From positions 918-64,917 of the forward strand of contig NZ_CAMEFJ010000006.1 in assembly GCF_945915485.1 (NCBI RefSeq): a stretch of DNA of 64,000 bases, written 5' to 3'. This document shows, piece by piece, positions 48,292-58,157 of this stretch (position 1 is the stretch's first letter; each line of letters starts with the position of its first letter). The stretch is from an uncultured Agrococcus sp. GTDB taxonomy: Bacteria; Actinomycetota; Actinomycetes; Actinomycetales; Microbacteriaceae. The notes beneath the pieces were generated by a model, which saw only the letters and a list, made by a program, of their open reading frames with translations, was not told the DNA's origin and did not search any database. A program made the position numbers and the translations under genes.

Positions 48292-49308
48292 GTGCAGATT
48301 ATCGACCGCGTGAAGCAACTTCGCCCCGTGCGAGCGTGGAATCATTACTCAGAACGCGACGGAGTCGTCTATGCGCAAAGCATGACGCTCTCGGGCTTCT
48401 TCTCGATCTTCGCGGGGCTGTTCATCGCCTTCGCGGTCTTCATGCAGATCCTGGGCGGCAATCGCGAACTGCTCGACACGGTCATCGAATCGATCTCCGG
48501 GCAGATTCCCGGCCTCATCCGCGACGGCGACGGCAACGGCGTCATCGACCCGGACGCGCTCATCGACTCACGGATCACCGAAGTCGCCGGAATCATCGCC
48601 GCTGTCGGTATCGTCATGACTGCTACGCGCTGGATCGCGAACAGCCGTTTGGGTTTCAGAGCGATGCTCGACCTGCCGACGCCGAGCCCGAATTTCGTCG
48701 TACTGAAACTCGGCGATCTGGGCGTCGCCATCGGCATCGGCCTGCTGATCCTGATCTCGAGCGGTACGCTCATCGCCTCGCAGACCTTCGCGGCGGCGCT
48801 GGGGCTGGGTGGCTTCAGCTGGCTGCTCGGTATCCTCGTGCAGCTCGCACTCGACACCGCGATCGTGCTGCTGATGTTCCGCTTCGCCGGGCACATCAAG
48901 TTGCCGCTCAAATATCTTGTCGGAACCGCCTTCGTGGTCGCGATCGCGTTCCTGATTCTGAAGACCTTCGCCTCGCTGCTGTTCGGCTCCGTGAGCAACA
49001 ACCCGCTCCTGACCTCCATCGCCTCGGTCTTCGTCATCCTGATCTGGCTCGGATTCATCCACCAGATCTACCTCATCGCGCTGTCGTTCATCGCCGTCGG
49101 GAATGCGGGTGAACGCTATTCGGAGCTCGAGCACCATCTGACACAGGAACGGAAAGAAGCCGTGGCACGAAAGAAAGAGGAAGAAGCACTGCGAGAGCGC
49201 GAACTCGAACGAGTGCGCGAAGAGCTCGCCGCCATCAGGGGGAGAGAAAGCGACCCGAAGAAGCTCGCGAAGAACCTCAAGAAGCAGCAGAAGAAACTGC
49301 GCGGCTAA
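48292..49308 (+). CDS. YihY/virulence factor BrkB family membrane protein
   Basis: Multi-TM, FFSIFAGL, NNPLLTS, charged C-tail; GGAGG SD before GTG 48292. Confidence 0.85.
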   Translation: MQIIDRVKQLRPVRAWNHYSERDGVVYAQSMTLSGFFSIFAGLFIAFAVFMQILGGNRELLDTVIESISGQIPGLIRDGDGNGVIDPDALIDSRITEVAGIIAAVGIVMTATRWIANSRLGFRAMLDLPTPSPNFVVLKLGDLGVAIGIGLLILISSGTLIASQTFAAALGLGGFSWLLGILVQLALDTAIVLLMFRFAGHIKLPLKYLVGTAFVVAIAFLILKTFASLLFGSVSNNPLLTSIASVFVILIWLGFIHQIYLIALSFIAVGNAGERYSELEHHLTQERKEAVARKKEEEALRERELERVREELAAIRGRESDPKKLAKNLKKQQKKLRG

Positions 49309-49523
49309 CGGCAAAGTCGTTCAGCTAGGGCAGTTCGGGATGGTTTTTACGGGTGCAGACGGCGTCTAGACCGATAAAAACCGTCTGAACCTCCAAAAGC
49401 CCAGTGCCTGCCCAGCGTGCTGATCGATAGGCGTTTTCCGAGTAGCGGATGGAGAAGCACAAGCGACGTGGAGCCGCGATGACACGGCTCGTTCGCGTCG
49501 CGGGTCTCGACTACGCTGGAGGC

Positions 49524-50351
49524 ATGGTTCGTATTGCCACGGTCAACGTCAACGGTATCCGCGCAGCTATGCGAAAGGGCATGTCCGACTGGCTCGAAGC
49601 ATCGGGCGCCGACATCGTCGCACTGCAGGAGGTCAGAGCCACTGACGAGATCGTCACGCCGCTCGTACCCGGCTGGCACGTCCTGCACGATGAAGCGACC
49701 GCGAAGGGGCGCGCAGGCGTTGCCGTGCTGTCGCGTGAGCCGGCCATCCAGCACCGTACCGTCTTCGGTGCTGACGACTTCGACTCCGCCGGCAGATGGC
49801 TGGAGGCCGACTTCGATTTCGGCGGCACGCCCGTCACAGTCGTGTCGACCTACGTGCACTCGGGTGAGGTCGACACCCCGAAACAGGTGCAGAAGTTCAT
49901 GTTCCTCGACACGATGGATGAGCGACTCCCGCAGCTGCGCGAGCACAGCGACCACGTGCTGGTAACGGGCGACTTCAACGTCGGGCACCGCGAGTTCGAC
50001 ATCAAGAACTGGCGCGGCAACCGCAAGAAGAGCGGCTTCCTGCCCGAAGAGCGCAGCTACCTCGACGGCTTCTTCGGCAATGGCGAAGTGGAGGCCGTGG
50101 ACGGCCGCGCTCGGACCGGCCACGGCTGGGTCGATGTCGGGCGCACCTTCGCCGGCGAGGTCGACGGCCCCTACACCTGGTGGTCGAACCGAGGGCAGGC
50201 CTTCGACAACGACACCGGTTGGCGCATCGACTACCACATGGCATCCCCCGCACTCGCGGCGTCAGTGGGCAATTACCGCGTCGACCGCTACCCCAGCTAC
50301 GACACCCGGTGGAGCGATCACGCTCCCGTCGTCGTCGATTACGAACTCTAG
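49524..50351 (+). CDS. xth: Exodeoxyribonuclease III
   Basis: TVNVNGIRA, LQEVR, GDFNVGH, YTWWS, GWRIDY, SDHAP. Confidence 0.94.
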   Translation: MVRIATVNVNGIRAAMRKGMSDWLEASGADIVALQEVRATDEIVTPLVPGWHVLHDEATAKGRAGVAVLSREPAIQHRTVFGADDFDSAGRWLEADFDFGGTPVTVVSTYVHSGEVDTPKQVQKFMFLDTMDERLPQLREHSDHVLVTGDFNVGHREFDIKNWRGNRKKSGFLPEERSYLDGFFGNGEVEAVDGRARTGHGWVDVGRTFAGEVDGPYTWWSNRGQAFDNDTGWRIDYHMASPALAASVGNYRVDRYPSYDTRWSDHAPVVVDYEL

Positions 50352-50362
50352 AAGGACCGATC

Positions 50363-51358
50363 ATGAACAAGCCCCGAATCTATTCGGGCATGCAGCCCTC
50401 GTCGGGCTCGCTGCACCTCGGCAACTACGTCGGCGCGCTCACGCACTGGCGACAGCTGCAGGCAGAAGGCGATGCGTTCTTCTCCATCGTCGATCTGCAC
50501 GCGCTGACGAGCATCCAGGATCCGAAGGTGCTGCGCCAGCAGGTGCGAACGCTCGCCGCCCAGTACATTGCGGGGGGCATCGATCCGGAATCCTCGTGCC
50601 TGTACGTGCAATCGCACGTGTCCGCGCACGCCGAAATGGCGTGGCTGCTCTCGATCATCACCGGTTTCGGTGAGGCTAGCCGCATGACGCAGTTCAAGGA
50701 CAAAACTGCGAAGAAGGGCATGGAGGCCGCGAACGTCGGCCTCTTCACCTACCCGATTCTCATGGCCGGCGACATCCTGCTCTACGACACGAACCTCGTG
50801 CCGGTCGGCGCCGACCAGAAGCAGCACGTCGAGCTCACGCGCGACCTGGGCGATCGGTTCAACAAGCGATACGGGGAGACCTTCACGATCCCGCAGCCGC
50901 GAATCGCGACGGAAACCGCGCGCATCATGGATCTGCAGGATCCGACGCGCAAGATGTCGAAGTCGGCCGAGACCGACAAGGGCATCGTGTGGTTGCTGGA
51001 CGAACCTGCGAAGACGGTCAAGAAGATCAAGAGTGCCGTCACCGATACCGACGGCTCCATCCGCATCGACGCTGAGAAAAAGCCGGGCGTGACGAATCTG
51101 CTGGGCATCCTGTCGGCGTTCACGGGGCGCACGACCGCTGAGCTCGCGGACGAGTACGACGGGCAGGGCTACGGCGTCTTCAAGGTCGCGGTCGCGGATG
51201 CCGTCATCGGCGAACTCGCGCCCATCCGTGAGCGCACGCTCGAGCTGCTCGATGACCCCGCTGAGCTCGACCGCATCCTCGAGGCCAATGCCGCATGCGC
51301 ACGCGAAGTTGCCGACGCAACGCTCCACCGGGCGATGCGTGCCATGGGCCTCCGCTGA
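50363..51358 (+). CDS. trpS: Tryptophan--tRNA ligase
   Basis: SGMQPS, HLGNY, YPILMAGDIL, VPVGADQKQH, KMSKS. Confidence 0.97.
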   Translation: MNKPRIYSGMQPSSGSLHLGNYVGALTHWRQLQAEGDAFFSIVDLHALTSIQDPKVLRQQVRTLAAQYIAGGIDPESSCLYVQSHVSAHAEMAWLLSIITGFGEASRMTQFKDKTAKKGMEAANVGLFTYPILMAGDILLYDTNLVPVGADQKQHVELTRDLGDRFNKRYGETFTIPQPRIATETARIMDLQDPTRKMSKSAETDKGIVWLLDEPAKTVKKIKSAVTDTDGSIRIDAEKKPGVTNLLGILSAFTGRTTAELADEYDGQGYGVFKVAVADAVIGELAPIRERTLELLDDPAELDRILEANAACAREVADATLHRAMRAMGLR

Positions 51359-51386
51359 ACCCCTTCTTCAACCTCAGCTCACGGGT

Positions 51387-51456
51387 ACACTTCTCGGTCT
51401 ATGGATGGAATGAACGCGCTATACGGGCGTGTCGCCATGTATAGACCGAGAAGTGT
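51387..51456. repeat. REP/REPIN-like long inverted repeat, copy B
   Basis: ACACTTCTCGGTCTAT ... ATAGACCGAGAAGTGT 16-bp perfect arms. Confidence 0.65.
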
Positions 51457-51465
51457 GCTGGACGC

Positions 51466-52092
51466 ATGAGTGGAGAACTGGAGGGAGGTCGGATGAGCGA
51501 GCAACTGGCCGGAGGGCGGATGAGCGAGCAACTGGCCGGGCCGACGCTGCCGGTGTTGGGGAAGCGAGTTGTTCTCACGGCGTTGCGTGAGAGCGACATC
51601 GAGCGCACGGCCGAGGCGTGCACGACACCGGACGCCGAACGGTTCCTCGATACGCCGTGGCCGTACAAGCGGTCCGATGCGGAGTTCTTCATTCGAGAGT
51701 TCGCACCCAGCGGGTGGCGCGGCGAGCACGACGAGCGAGTCTGGGCGATTCGCGAATCCGTAAGCGGCCCGCTGTGCGGTGTGATCGGGCTCCGAGAGGG
51801 GCTGCGCGAAGTCGGTTTCTGGCTGCACCCGGATGCACAGGGGAAGGGACTCATGTCGGATGCGCTTCGCACACTGGTAGGGCACGCAGAGGGCTGCCTC
51901 GTCTGGCCGGAGGTGCGCTGGCGGTGCCGCGTCGGCAATACGGCGTCAATGCGGGTCGCGAAGGCGACCGGATTCTCCTACCTCGGCATCCGCGAGGGCG
52001 AGTGGCGAAATGTCGAGCGCGGCCCAGAGCACTATGCGGTCAAGACGAACCGCGAGGTGCCCGAGGCACTCCCCTGGCCTCCGCTCGAGTAA
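51466..52092 (+). CDS. GNAT acetyltransferase (RimJ/RimL family); true start may be 51493 or 51520
   Basis: PWPY...DAE.F, EVGFWLHPDAQGKG, GNTASMRVA..GF. Confidence 0.85.
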   Translation: MSGELEGGRMSEQLAGGRMSEQLAGPTLPVLGKRVVLTALRESDIERTAEACTTPDAERFLDTPWPYKRSDAEFFIREFAPSGWRGEHDERVWAIRESVSGPLCGVIGLREGLREVGFWLHPDAQGKGLMSDALRTLVGHAEGCLVWPEVRWRCRVGNTASMRVAKATGFSYLGIREGEWRNVERGPEHYAVKTNREVPEALPWPPLE

Positions 52093-52184
52093 ATTTTGGC
52101 ATCGACAGGACCTCGCTTCTTACACTCGGTGTGACAACAAGAGTATCCCTCGAAGACACGGCGTTCGCTGCTAGCCTGACTCCT

Positions 52185-54977
52185 ATGGGCTGGGATATGG
52201 CAGCGGATTCGCCTGTCAAAACGCGACACGACGCGGCCCGACGCACCCTTGATTCCGCCTACGGTCAAGAAGGAATGGTGCTCGTTGCGCAGGGGCTTGC
52301 CGGCATGGGCAAGACCCACTTCCTGCGCGAACTGATGGAGTTGGCGCAGGCGGACAATCGCTGGGCCGTCACCCATGTGACCGCCGACATCTTCGAGCGC
52401 GACGAACCGTACGGTTTCCTCGAACGTCTCCTCAGCGGCCCCGCATTGCGGATACCTGACCGCGATCCCGTTGACGGCACGCAGAAACAGCCCATTTCCG
52501 TCGCGCGCGAACTGCTTCGACACGCGAACTTCGCGACGGCCGTGCAACAGGTAATCATCGTAGATGACGCGCAGTGGGTCGATACCGAATCGGCGCTCGT
52601 GCTTCGGTATCTGCTTCCGAGGCTGACGCAGCGAAGCATGCTCGCTGCGTTCGGTGTCCGCACTCCGCACGCTCCCGGCGGGCTCGGCGAGCACCTTGAA
52701 CAGCTCGTCTCCGGCGATCCGCGCAACCGCCTGTTGACGTTCGATCCGCTGACGGCCGAGGAGATCCGACTCCTGTCGCAGGCGCGGCTGGGGAGGAGCA
52801 TTTCGCCCCGCACAGCGGATCGTTTGTTGAACTCTACCGGCGGGTCCTTCCTGCACATCGCCAGCATCTTCGACCACCTCACCGAAGATGAGATCTCTCG
52901 ACTGCATCTGACCTGGGACATTCCACTGCGAATGATTCACCCGAAGAAGAACCCCTTACTGATCGGTTATGAGAATCTCGGTGCGCCGACGAAAGCCACC
53001 ACCGAGATCGTCTGCATGAGCGGCGGGATGACGCAATTCGAGCTCGCGCAAGCGGCCTCGGAACTGCACGAGCCCGTCGCGCTGGAGGAGGCGCTGGAGG
53101 AGGGCGTGCTGAAGGAGTCGGGGTTCGGAGCAACCGTCATGCCGACGCACGCGCTTGTTGCGCATGCTGTGCAGGATGCCCTCCCCGCAGCTCGCTCACG
53201 CGCCATTTCGCGCGTTCTCGCGAAACTCTCCGACGGGTTCCGTTCGATTCACTACGCGCTCAACGCTGCTGACCGTCTCGATGAAGAGCTCCTCCAACAG
53301 GTGCGGGAGTACGTGGAGCAGGCGACGGTGACGAGCGCGTTCACGAATATCAACACGGTGTTGGAGGCTGCGCTCGAGCTCGTAGGAGCAGATCAACCGG
53401 AAGCGCGTGGAGAGCTGCTGGTTTCGCTCGGACTTGTGAATCTGCGTAACAAGACGCTCTTCCTGCTTCTGCATCGCTATGACGAGTACCAGCGACTCGA
53501 CGACGATTTCGTGCATGAGCTGCTCGCGATAGCGCTCAGCGCGTACCACCCCGAGGTGCCATTCGCGCAAGAGCGTGCCATGCAGCTGCTGCAGCGGCAG
53601 GCCGCGAACTCAGACGAGATCACGGTGCAGGCGTACCTGTCGCTGCTCATGGTGATCATGAATATGCGCACGTTGCACTACACGCATGTGCCGGCGCTGC
53701 TCGCCCACGCCAAGAGCTTGCAGCAGAATATGCCGGCGGACCCGACAGCCCTGGGGGATGCCCGCCTTACGTGGATGGCCGATCCTGCCGGGCATTTGGC
53801 GCTCCTGCAGGGATTCGAGACAGTGCTGCTGCACAGAAATTACGACACCGAGGGCACACGCGCTTCGATCCCCGAGCTTCGACGCAGCATCGATGCCCTC
53901 TCTGATGGCCCCAACAAGGCGGACGCCACCACCGTGCTGGCAGGTGCGGCTGCCCAGATCGGCGAGATGGCGTTGGCTAAGCAGCTCGCGGCCGGAGCCA
54001 ACGATCTACTCGATCGAGTCCATAAGCCGTGGATGGCGGGGACGACCAGGCTCGTCCTCGCGGACAGTCAGGTACTCCTGGGCGAGTACGAGTCTGCTCG
54101 CGAATTCATTACGGCCATCGAAGAGATCAGTTACGACGCGATCGATCTCGAGACCCGGCCCATGTTCACCGCGCTGCAGGCCATAATCGCCGCGGTGACC
54201 GGCCGCAGCGGAGCCGGGAAGCTGACACGAGAATCCCTCGTACTGCACGAATTCGAATGGGAAGGCTACGGCCCCGACCTCGCACTGATGGCTCAGTGCG
54301 AGTACGCGCGGGTCCAGGCCGATCCTGCAGCCCTGATCGCAGCTATCGATGCAGCGCCGGTGGACTCCATGGTGAACACCAAACGGGGATTCCTGACGTT
54401 CCGCGCGCATGCGCTCATCGACCTCGGCAGATTCGACGAAGCCGCCGCGCTGGTGGACACCCTTCGGCAGTGGCGCGGGACCCGCTGGCACGAATGCTGG
54501 GGAACACTGCCGTGGCTGGAGGCGCGGCTGTCCCAGCATCGTGGAGAATCGGCCTCCGCGGAGGCACAATATCGCACCGCTCTCGCCACGAAGGACTTCC
54601 CGCTTCCTCTTGCTCTGACCCATGCCGACTTCGGGGAATTTCTGGCGGGAACGCACCGGATAGCAGAAGCCCGCACCCAGCTGTTGCACGCACGGGCGGT
54701 GCTGCAGAAGGTGAACGCCCGCGCCTACCTCCCTCGGATCGAACGTGCCCTCGCCGACCTGGATACAGCTGACCGAGATTCCCGGAGCGCGCTGCTCGCC
54801 GAGCTCACCGCCCGAGAGCGTGAGATAGCCGAGCATCTGGCGAACCGGCTGACCAATCAGCAGATCGCGCAAACCCTTGTGATATCGAACGCCACCGTTC
54901 GCTTCCATGTCTCCAACGTGCTGCGCAAGCTCCAACTGACATCCCGAAAGGATGTCGCCGGCGTCCTGCGGGGCTAG
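52185..54977 (+). CDS. Large ATP-binding LuxR-family (LAL/STAND-type) transcriptional regulator
   Basis: Walker A GLAGMGKT, Walker B IIVDDAQWVD, helical middle region, C-terminal LTAREREIA...TNQQIA..L.IS..TVRFHVSNVLRKL; start set at ATG 52185. Confidence 0.9.
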   Translation: MGWDMAADSPVKTRHDAARRTLDSAYGQEGMVLVAQGLAGMGKTHFLRELMELAQADNRWAVTHVTADIFERDEPYGFLERLLSGPALRIPDRDPVDGTQKQPISVARELLRHANFATAVQQVIIVDDAQWVDTESALVLRYLLPRLTQRSMLAAFGVRTPHAPGGLGEHLEQLVSGDPRNRLLTFDPLTAEEIRLLSQARLGRSISPRTADRLLNSTGGSFLHIASIFDHLTEDEISRLHLTWDIPLRMIHPKKNPLLIGYENLGAPTKATTEIVCMSGGMTQFELAQAASELHEPVALEEALEEGVLKESGFGATVMPTHALVAHAVQDALPAARSRAISRVLAKLSDGFRSIHYALNAADRLDEELLQQVREYVEQATVTSAFTNINTVLEAALELVGADQPEARGELLVSLGLVNLRNKTLFLLLHRYDEYQRLDDDFVHELLAIALSAYHPEVPFAQERAMQLLQRQAANSDEITVQAYLSLLMVIMNMRTLHYTHVPALLAHAKSLQQNMPADPTALGDARLTWMADPAGHLALLQGFETVLLHRNYDTEGTRASIPELRRSIDALSDGPNKADATTVLAGAAAQIGEMALAKQLAAGANDLLDRVHKPWMAGTTRLVLADSQVLLGEYESAREFITAIEEISYDAIDLETRPMFTALQAIIAAVTGRSGAGKLTRESLVLHEFEWEGYGPDLALMAQCEYARVQADPAALIAAIDAAPVDSMVNTKRGFLTFRAHALIDLGRFDEAAALVDTLRQWRGTRWHECWGTLPWLEARLSQHRGESASAEAQYRTALATKDFPLPLALTHADFGEFLAGTHRIAEARTQLLHARAVLQKVNARAYLPRIERALADLDTADRDSRSALLAELTAREREIAEHLANRLTNQQIAQTLVISNATVRFHVSNVLRKLQLTSRKDVAGVLRG

Positions 54978-54989
54978 CCTCGCGCACGG

Positions 54990-55067
54990 CTACGGGGCCC
55001 GCCGTCCGCCGATGACAGTGTTGGGGAATTTGTCATTGGCGAGCCTGCTGGTAGGCGGGCCCCGTAG
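54990..55067. terminator. Long hairpin between convergent LuxR and adhesin genes
   Basis: CTACGGGGCCCGCC ... GGCGGGCCCCGTAG 14-bp outer arms with an inner CGCCGATGACA/TGTCATTGGCG stem. Confidence 0.6.
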
Positions 55068-55083
55068 GTCGAGGTGTGCCGGG

Positions 55084-58000
55084 TCAGGACATCTTACGGC
55101 GACCGAACGCCCAGGCAAGGCCCGCTCCTACGAGCATCAGGAGTGCCGCTAGCGGCCAGGCCGCCGACGATCCTGTGAATCCTGTTCTCGGTATCTCCGG
55201 AGACGAAGCGTCCGGCGACGATTCCGTCGGCGTAGGATCTGGCAGCGGGGCCTCCGGCGGTGTATCGACCTGCACGGTCTGGCTGGCGGCATTCAGATCG
55301 GTGTGCGTTGCCAGGAGCAATTCACCCGACTGTTCCTGCTGCGGCAACAGCATCTGCAGCAGGCTGATGGCAGCGGCCGGAACGTCACCGGTGTTCTGGC
55401 CGGCGTCGGTCTCTTCCGCGTCCTCCGGCGTCACGAGGTACAGCCATTCGAAGACGACCAGCGTTTCCCCCGCATAGCCGGAGGGCACCTCGAAGTCGAC
55501 ATGCACTATGCCGTCGGGAGCGGTCGGTACGAACACCGTCTCGCCGGTGATGCCTGTGGACTCGCCGGTTTCGTGCAGCATGACTTCTCCGCGTGCAACG
55601 TATGTCAATCCCGGCTCAAGGCCCCGGTACGAGAGGTCGTCTCGCAGTGTTGCACCCTCGGGGTCCAGCAGCTGTTCCCCGGTGCGCAGGTTGTAGGCGT
55701 AGGTGTCGATCTCCGGACGGTAGACCGTTTGGGCTTCGTCCTCGATATCGGCATGCGCCGCAACTTGAACACCCCCGATGGACAGGTACTCGAAGACCAC
55801 GATCACCTCACCGAGCAGTTCGCCCTCGGGAATCGTGAAGGTCAGGTCTATCTCGCCGTTCGACTCCTCGGGCACGAAGGTGATCGAGTTCGTGATCCCG
55901 GTGGGCTGCCCGCCGTCATCCGTGCGGAGCATCAGCTCGCCGTCGATCGTGTAGGTCTGGCCGACGTGCAGCCCCGAGTAGCGCACGGTGTCGACCACAG
56001 TTGCCTCACCGAACTCCGGCAGGAACTGATCTCCGTCTTCACCGTCCACGGCGGTCGTCCCGAGATCCGGCCGGTACACCGTCTGGTGGCGGTCCGTGAT
56101 GTCCGCGTGAGCGGCGATCAGTACGTCATCACGGTAGAGCTCTTCGAACACCACGATGACCTCGCCGACGAGTTCGGAGGCGGGGATGCTGAACTGCAGT
56201 TCCACGGATCCGCTCGGGTGTTCGGGCGTGAAGGTCTCGGACGCGGTGATCCCGGTCGGAACCGCTTCATCGTCGGTGGTCCGGATCATCAGCTCACCTT
56301 CGACGGTGTACTCGTGTCCCGGCTCGAGCCCGGAGTAACTGACGATGTCGACGACCGTGACATCTCCTTCTGGATCGAGGTAGTCGCTGCCGTTGCCGTC
56401 GTCGGCCGAAGTGCCGATACGGGGGCGGTACACCGTCTGGAATTCGTCTTCGATGTCCGTGTGCTCTGCGATCAGGGTTTCGCCGTGGAAGAGACGCTCG
56501 AACACCACGATGGTTTCACCGTCCAGCTGACCGTCGGCGACCGTGAAGGTCAGGTCGACCGTGCCGCTCGAAGTGGTCGGCGTGAATTCGTCCTCCGCGG
56601 TGATGCCGGTGGCCTGAGCGCTGCCGTCCTCGTCGCGGGTCATCAGTTCACCCTCGAGCCGGTAGGTTTCGCCCACGTGGAGACCGGCGAAGTTGACCGT
56701 GTCTACAATGACCGTTTCTCCCGATTCCGGCAGGAGCTTACTGCCGTCGTCGCCGACTGCAGTCGTGCCGATGAAGGGCCGGTAGACCGTTTGGCCGCGA
56801 TCCTTGATGTCCGCGTGGGCCGCGACGCTGATGCCACCGTGGAAGAGCTCCTCGAACACCACGATGACTTCACCAACGAGGTCACCGGCATCAATCGTGA
56901 AGCTCAGCGTTTCCTCGCCCTCGGGAGAGGAAGGGACGAAAGTCTTGGATGCGGTGATTCCGGTCGGGATCTCTACGTCTCCGTCGCCGCGAATCATCAA
57001 TTCACCCTGGAGCTCGTACTCCTCGCCGGGAATCAGACCGGCATACGCGACAGTGTCGATAACCGTGACCTCTCCCGTCGGGTCAAGGTACTTGTCGCCG
57101 TCCTCGGCATCCAAGGCGGTTGTGCTTATGCGGGGTTTGGCAGCCCACGACACCGCAGCTGTCGCCTCCCTCGTAGTTTGGTCCGAGCGCGCGATCATGA
57201 ACGTCTGGTTGCGAGGTGACGTGTTGCTCACGAGGAGTCCCGTGGTTTCCGGGCCGGTCACCGTGCCGCTCAGCGTGACGCTGCCGGCGGGCGTATCGAT
57301 CGGAACATCGAGGAAGAGCTCCACTCCGGTTGGCGCTGCTGCCAGATCCACCGGCGAGCCCTGGGAGTCTACGAGCGCAATGGGCGCATCCACGTCGGTT
57401 TCGAGGTCGACGGCAACGGTTGCCTCGCTTGCTTCGATGACGATTGGGCCGACGAGCTGACCGGCCGTGCCCTCTCCGCTCGGTGCCGTCATCTCGATCA
57501 TGGGTCCGGAGGTTTCGGGCCGACCGGTGTTGACGTCGCTCAGCATGAAGTCATACACGGCCTGTACGCGTGCGACGGATTCGGAGCTGTGGTCACCCGC
57601 CAGCCCTGCAAATTCGAAGTCGTCTGTGAGGTTCCAAATGGCGCTCTGGGTTCCGGAGATCGCTTCCTGTTCCGTTACATCCGGTATCCCCGTGATGGCG
57701 CTGAACTCGTCGAGCGACACCAGCGGGTAGCTGTTGTACACCATCCAGGCGACACGCTCGCGCACCTCCTGTGACTCGGCGAAGTTGTTCGTGCCCGGGA
57801 AGGAGTCCCAGCCTCCCACGTGACCGGGAGTCTCGAAATGCGCCGACACCCGAAGCTCCACGCAGTAGGCGAGTTGCAGGGCGTCCGGGCCGGTCCAGAC
57901 GGGGAACAGCCGCGTAGCGATCGACCCTTCGCCGGCGCCGACGACGGTGTGGCCGCTCGCCGCGTCTCCGGATTGTCCGATCACCGGATATCCGGGGGGA

Positions 58001-58122
58001 AATTCGGGAGTTGCGTTGGCATTCGGAGCACCCAGCATGCCGACGCTCAGCACGACGGCGAGCAGTGCCGCAACGAGCGATCCCAACAGTGTCTTCGGTT
58101 TTCTCAGTCTTGTATCCAGCAT
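55084..58122 (-). CDS. Sortase-anchored adhesin with thioester domain and five Thr-Gln ester-bond (VaFE-type) repeats
   Basis: Signal peptide, AYCVEL and TQSAIW thioester-domain motifs, repeats with TTA...VVFE...HxDxxDxxQTV, IPRTG + TM + RRK; start set at ATG 58122. Confidence 0.9.
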   Translation of the reverse strand: MLDTRLRKPKTLLGSLVAALLAVVLSVGMLGAPNANATPEFPPGYPVIGQSGDAASGHTVVGAGEGSIATRLFPVWTGPDALQLAYCVELRVSAHFETPGHVGGWDSFPGTNNFAESQEVRERVAWMVYNSYPLVSLDEFSAITGIPDVTEQEAISGTQSAIWNLTDDFEFAGLAGDHSSESVARVQAVYDFMLSDVNTGRPETSGPMIEMTAPSGEGTAGQLVGPIVIEASEATVAVDLETDVDAPIALVDSQGSPVDLAAAPTGVELFLDVPIDTPAGSVTLSGTVTGPETTGLLVSNTSPRNQTFMIARSDQTTREATAAVSWAAKPRISTTALDAEDGDKYLDPTGEVTVIDTVAYAGLIPGEEYELQGELMIRGDGDVEIPTGITASKTFVPSSPEGEETLSFTIDAGDLVGEVIVVFEELFHGGISVAAHADIKDRGQTVYRPFIGTTAVGDDGSKLLPESGETVIVDTVNFAGLHVGETYRLEGELMTRDEDGSAQATGITAEDEFTPTTSSGTVDLTFTVADGQLDGETIVVFERLFHGETLIAEHTDIEDEFQTVYRPRIGTSADDGNGSDYLDPEGDVTVVDIVSYSGLEPGHEYTVEGELMIRTTDDEAVPTGITASETFTPEHPSGSVELQFSIPASELVGEVIVVFEELYRDDVLIAAHADITDRHQTVYRPDLGTTAVDGEDGDQFLPEFGEATVVDTVRYSGLHVGQTYTIDGELMLRTDDGGQPTGITNSITFVPEESNGEIDLTFTIPEGELLGEVIVVFEYLSIGGVQVAAHADIEDEAQTVYRPEIDTYAYNLRTGEQLLDPEGATLRDDLSYRGLEPGLTYVARGEVMLHETGESTGITGETVFVPTAPDGIVHVDFEVPSGYAGETLVVFEWLYLVTPEDAEETDAGQNTGDVPAAAISLLQMLLPQQEQSGELLLATHTDLNAASQTVQVDTPPEAPLPDPTPTESSPDASSPEIPRTGFTGSSAAWPLAALLMLVGAGLAWAFGRRKMS

Positions 58123-58157
58123 GGTCACCACGCTAGAAACGCGCAGAACATCTGCCA

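Noticed and set aside
49336-49391. Imperfect hairpin after yihY
   Set aside because: Probably a terminator or decayed REP; too imperfect to assign
51618-52184. N-terminal extension of the LuxR regulator
   Set aside because: Overlaps the GNAT gene out of frame; ATPase domain begins after 52185
1595-57219. Many long antisense or alternative-frame ORFs (e.g. 1595-2923, 16787-18019, 38885-40690, 55303-57219)
   Set aside because: They shadow well-supported genes on the opposite strand, lack motifs, and are expected from stop-codon scarcity in high-GC DNA
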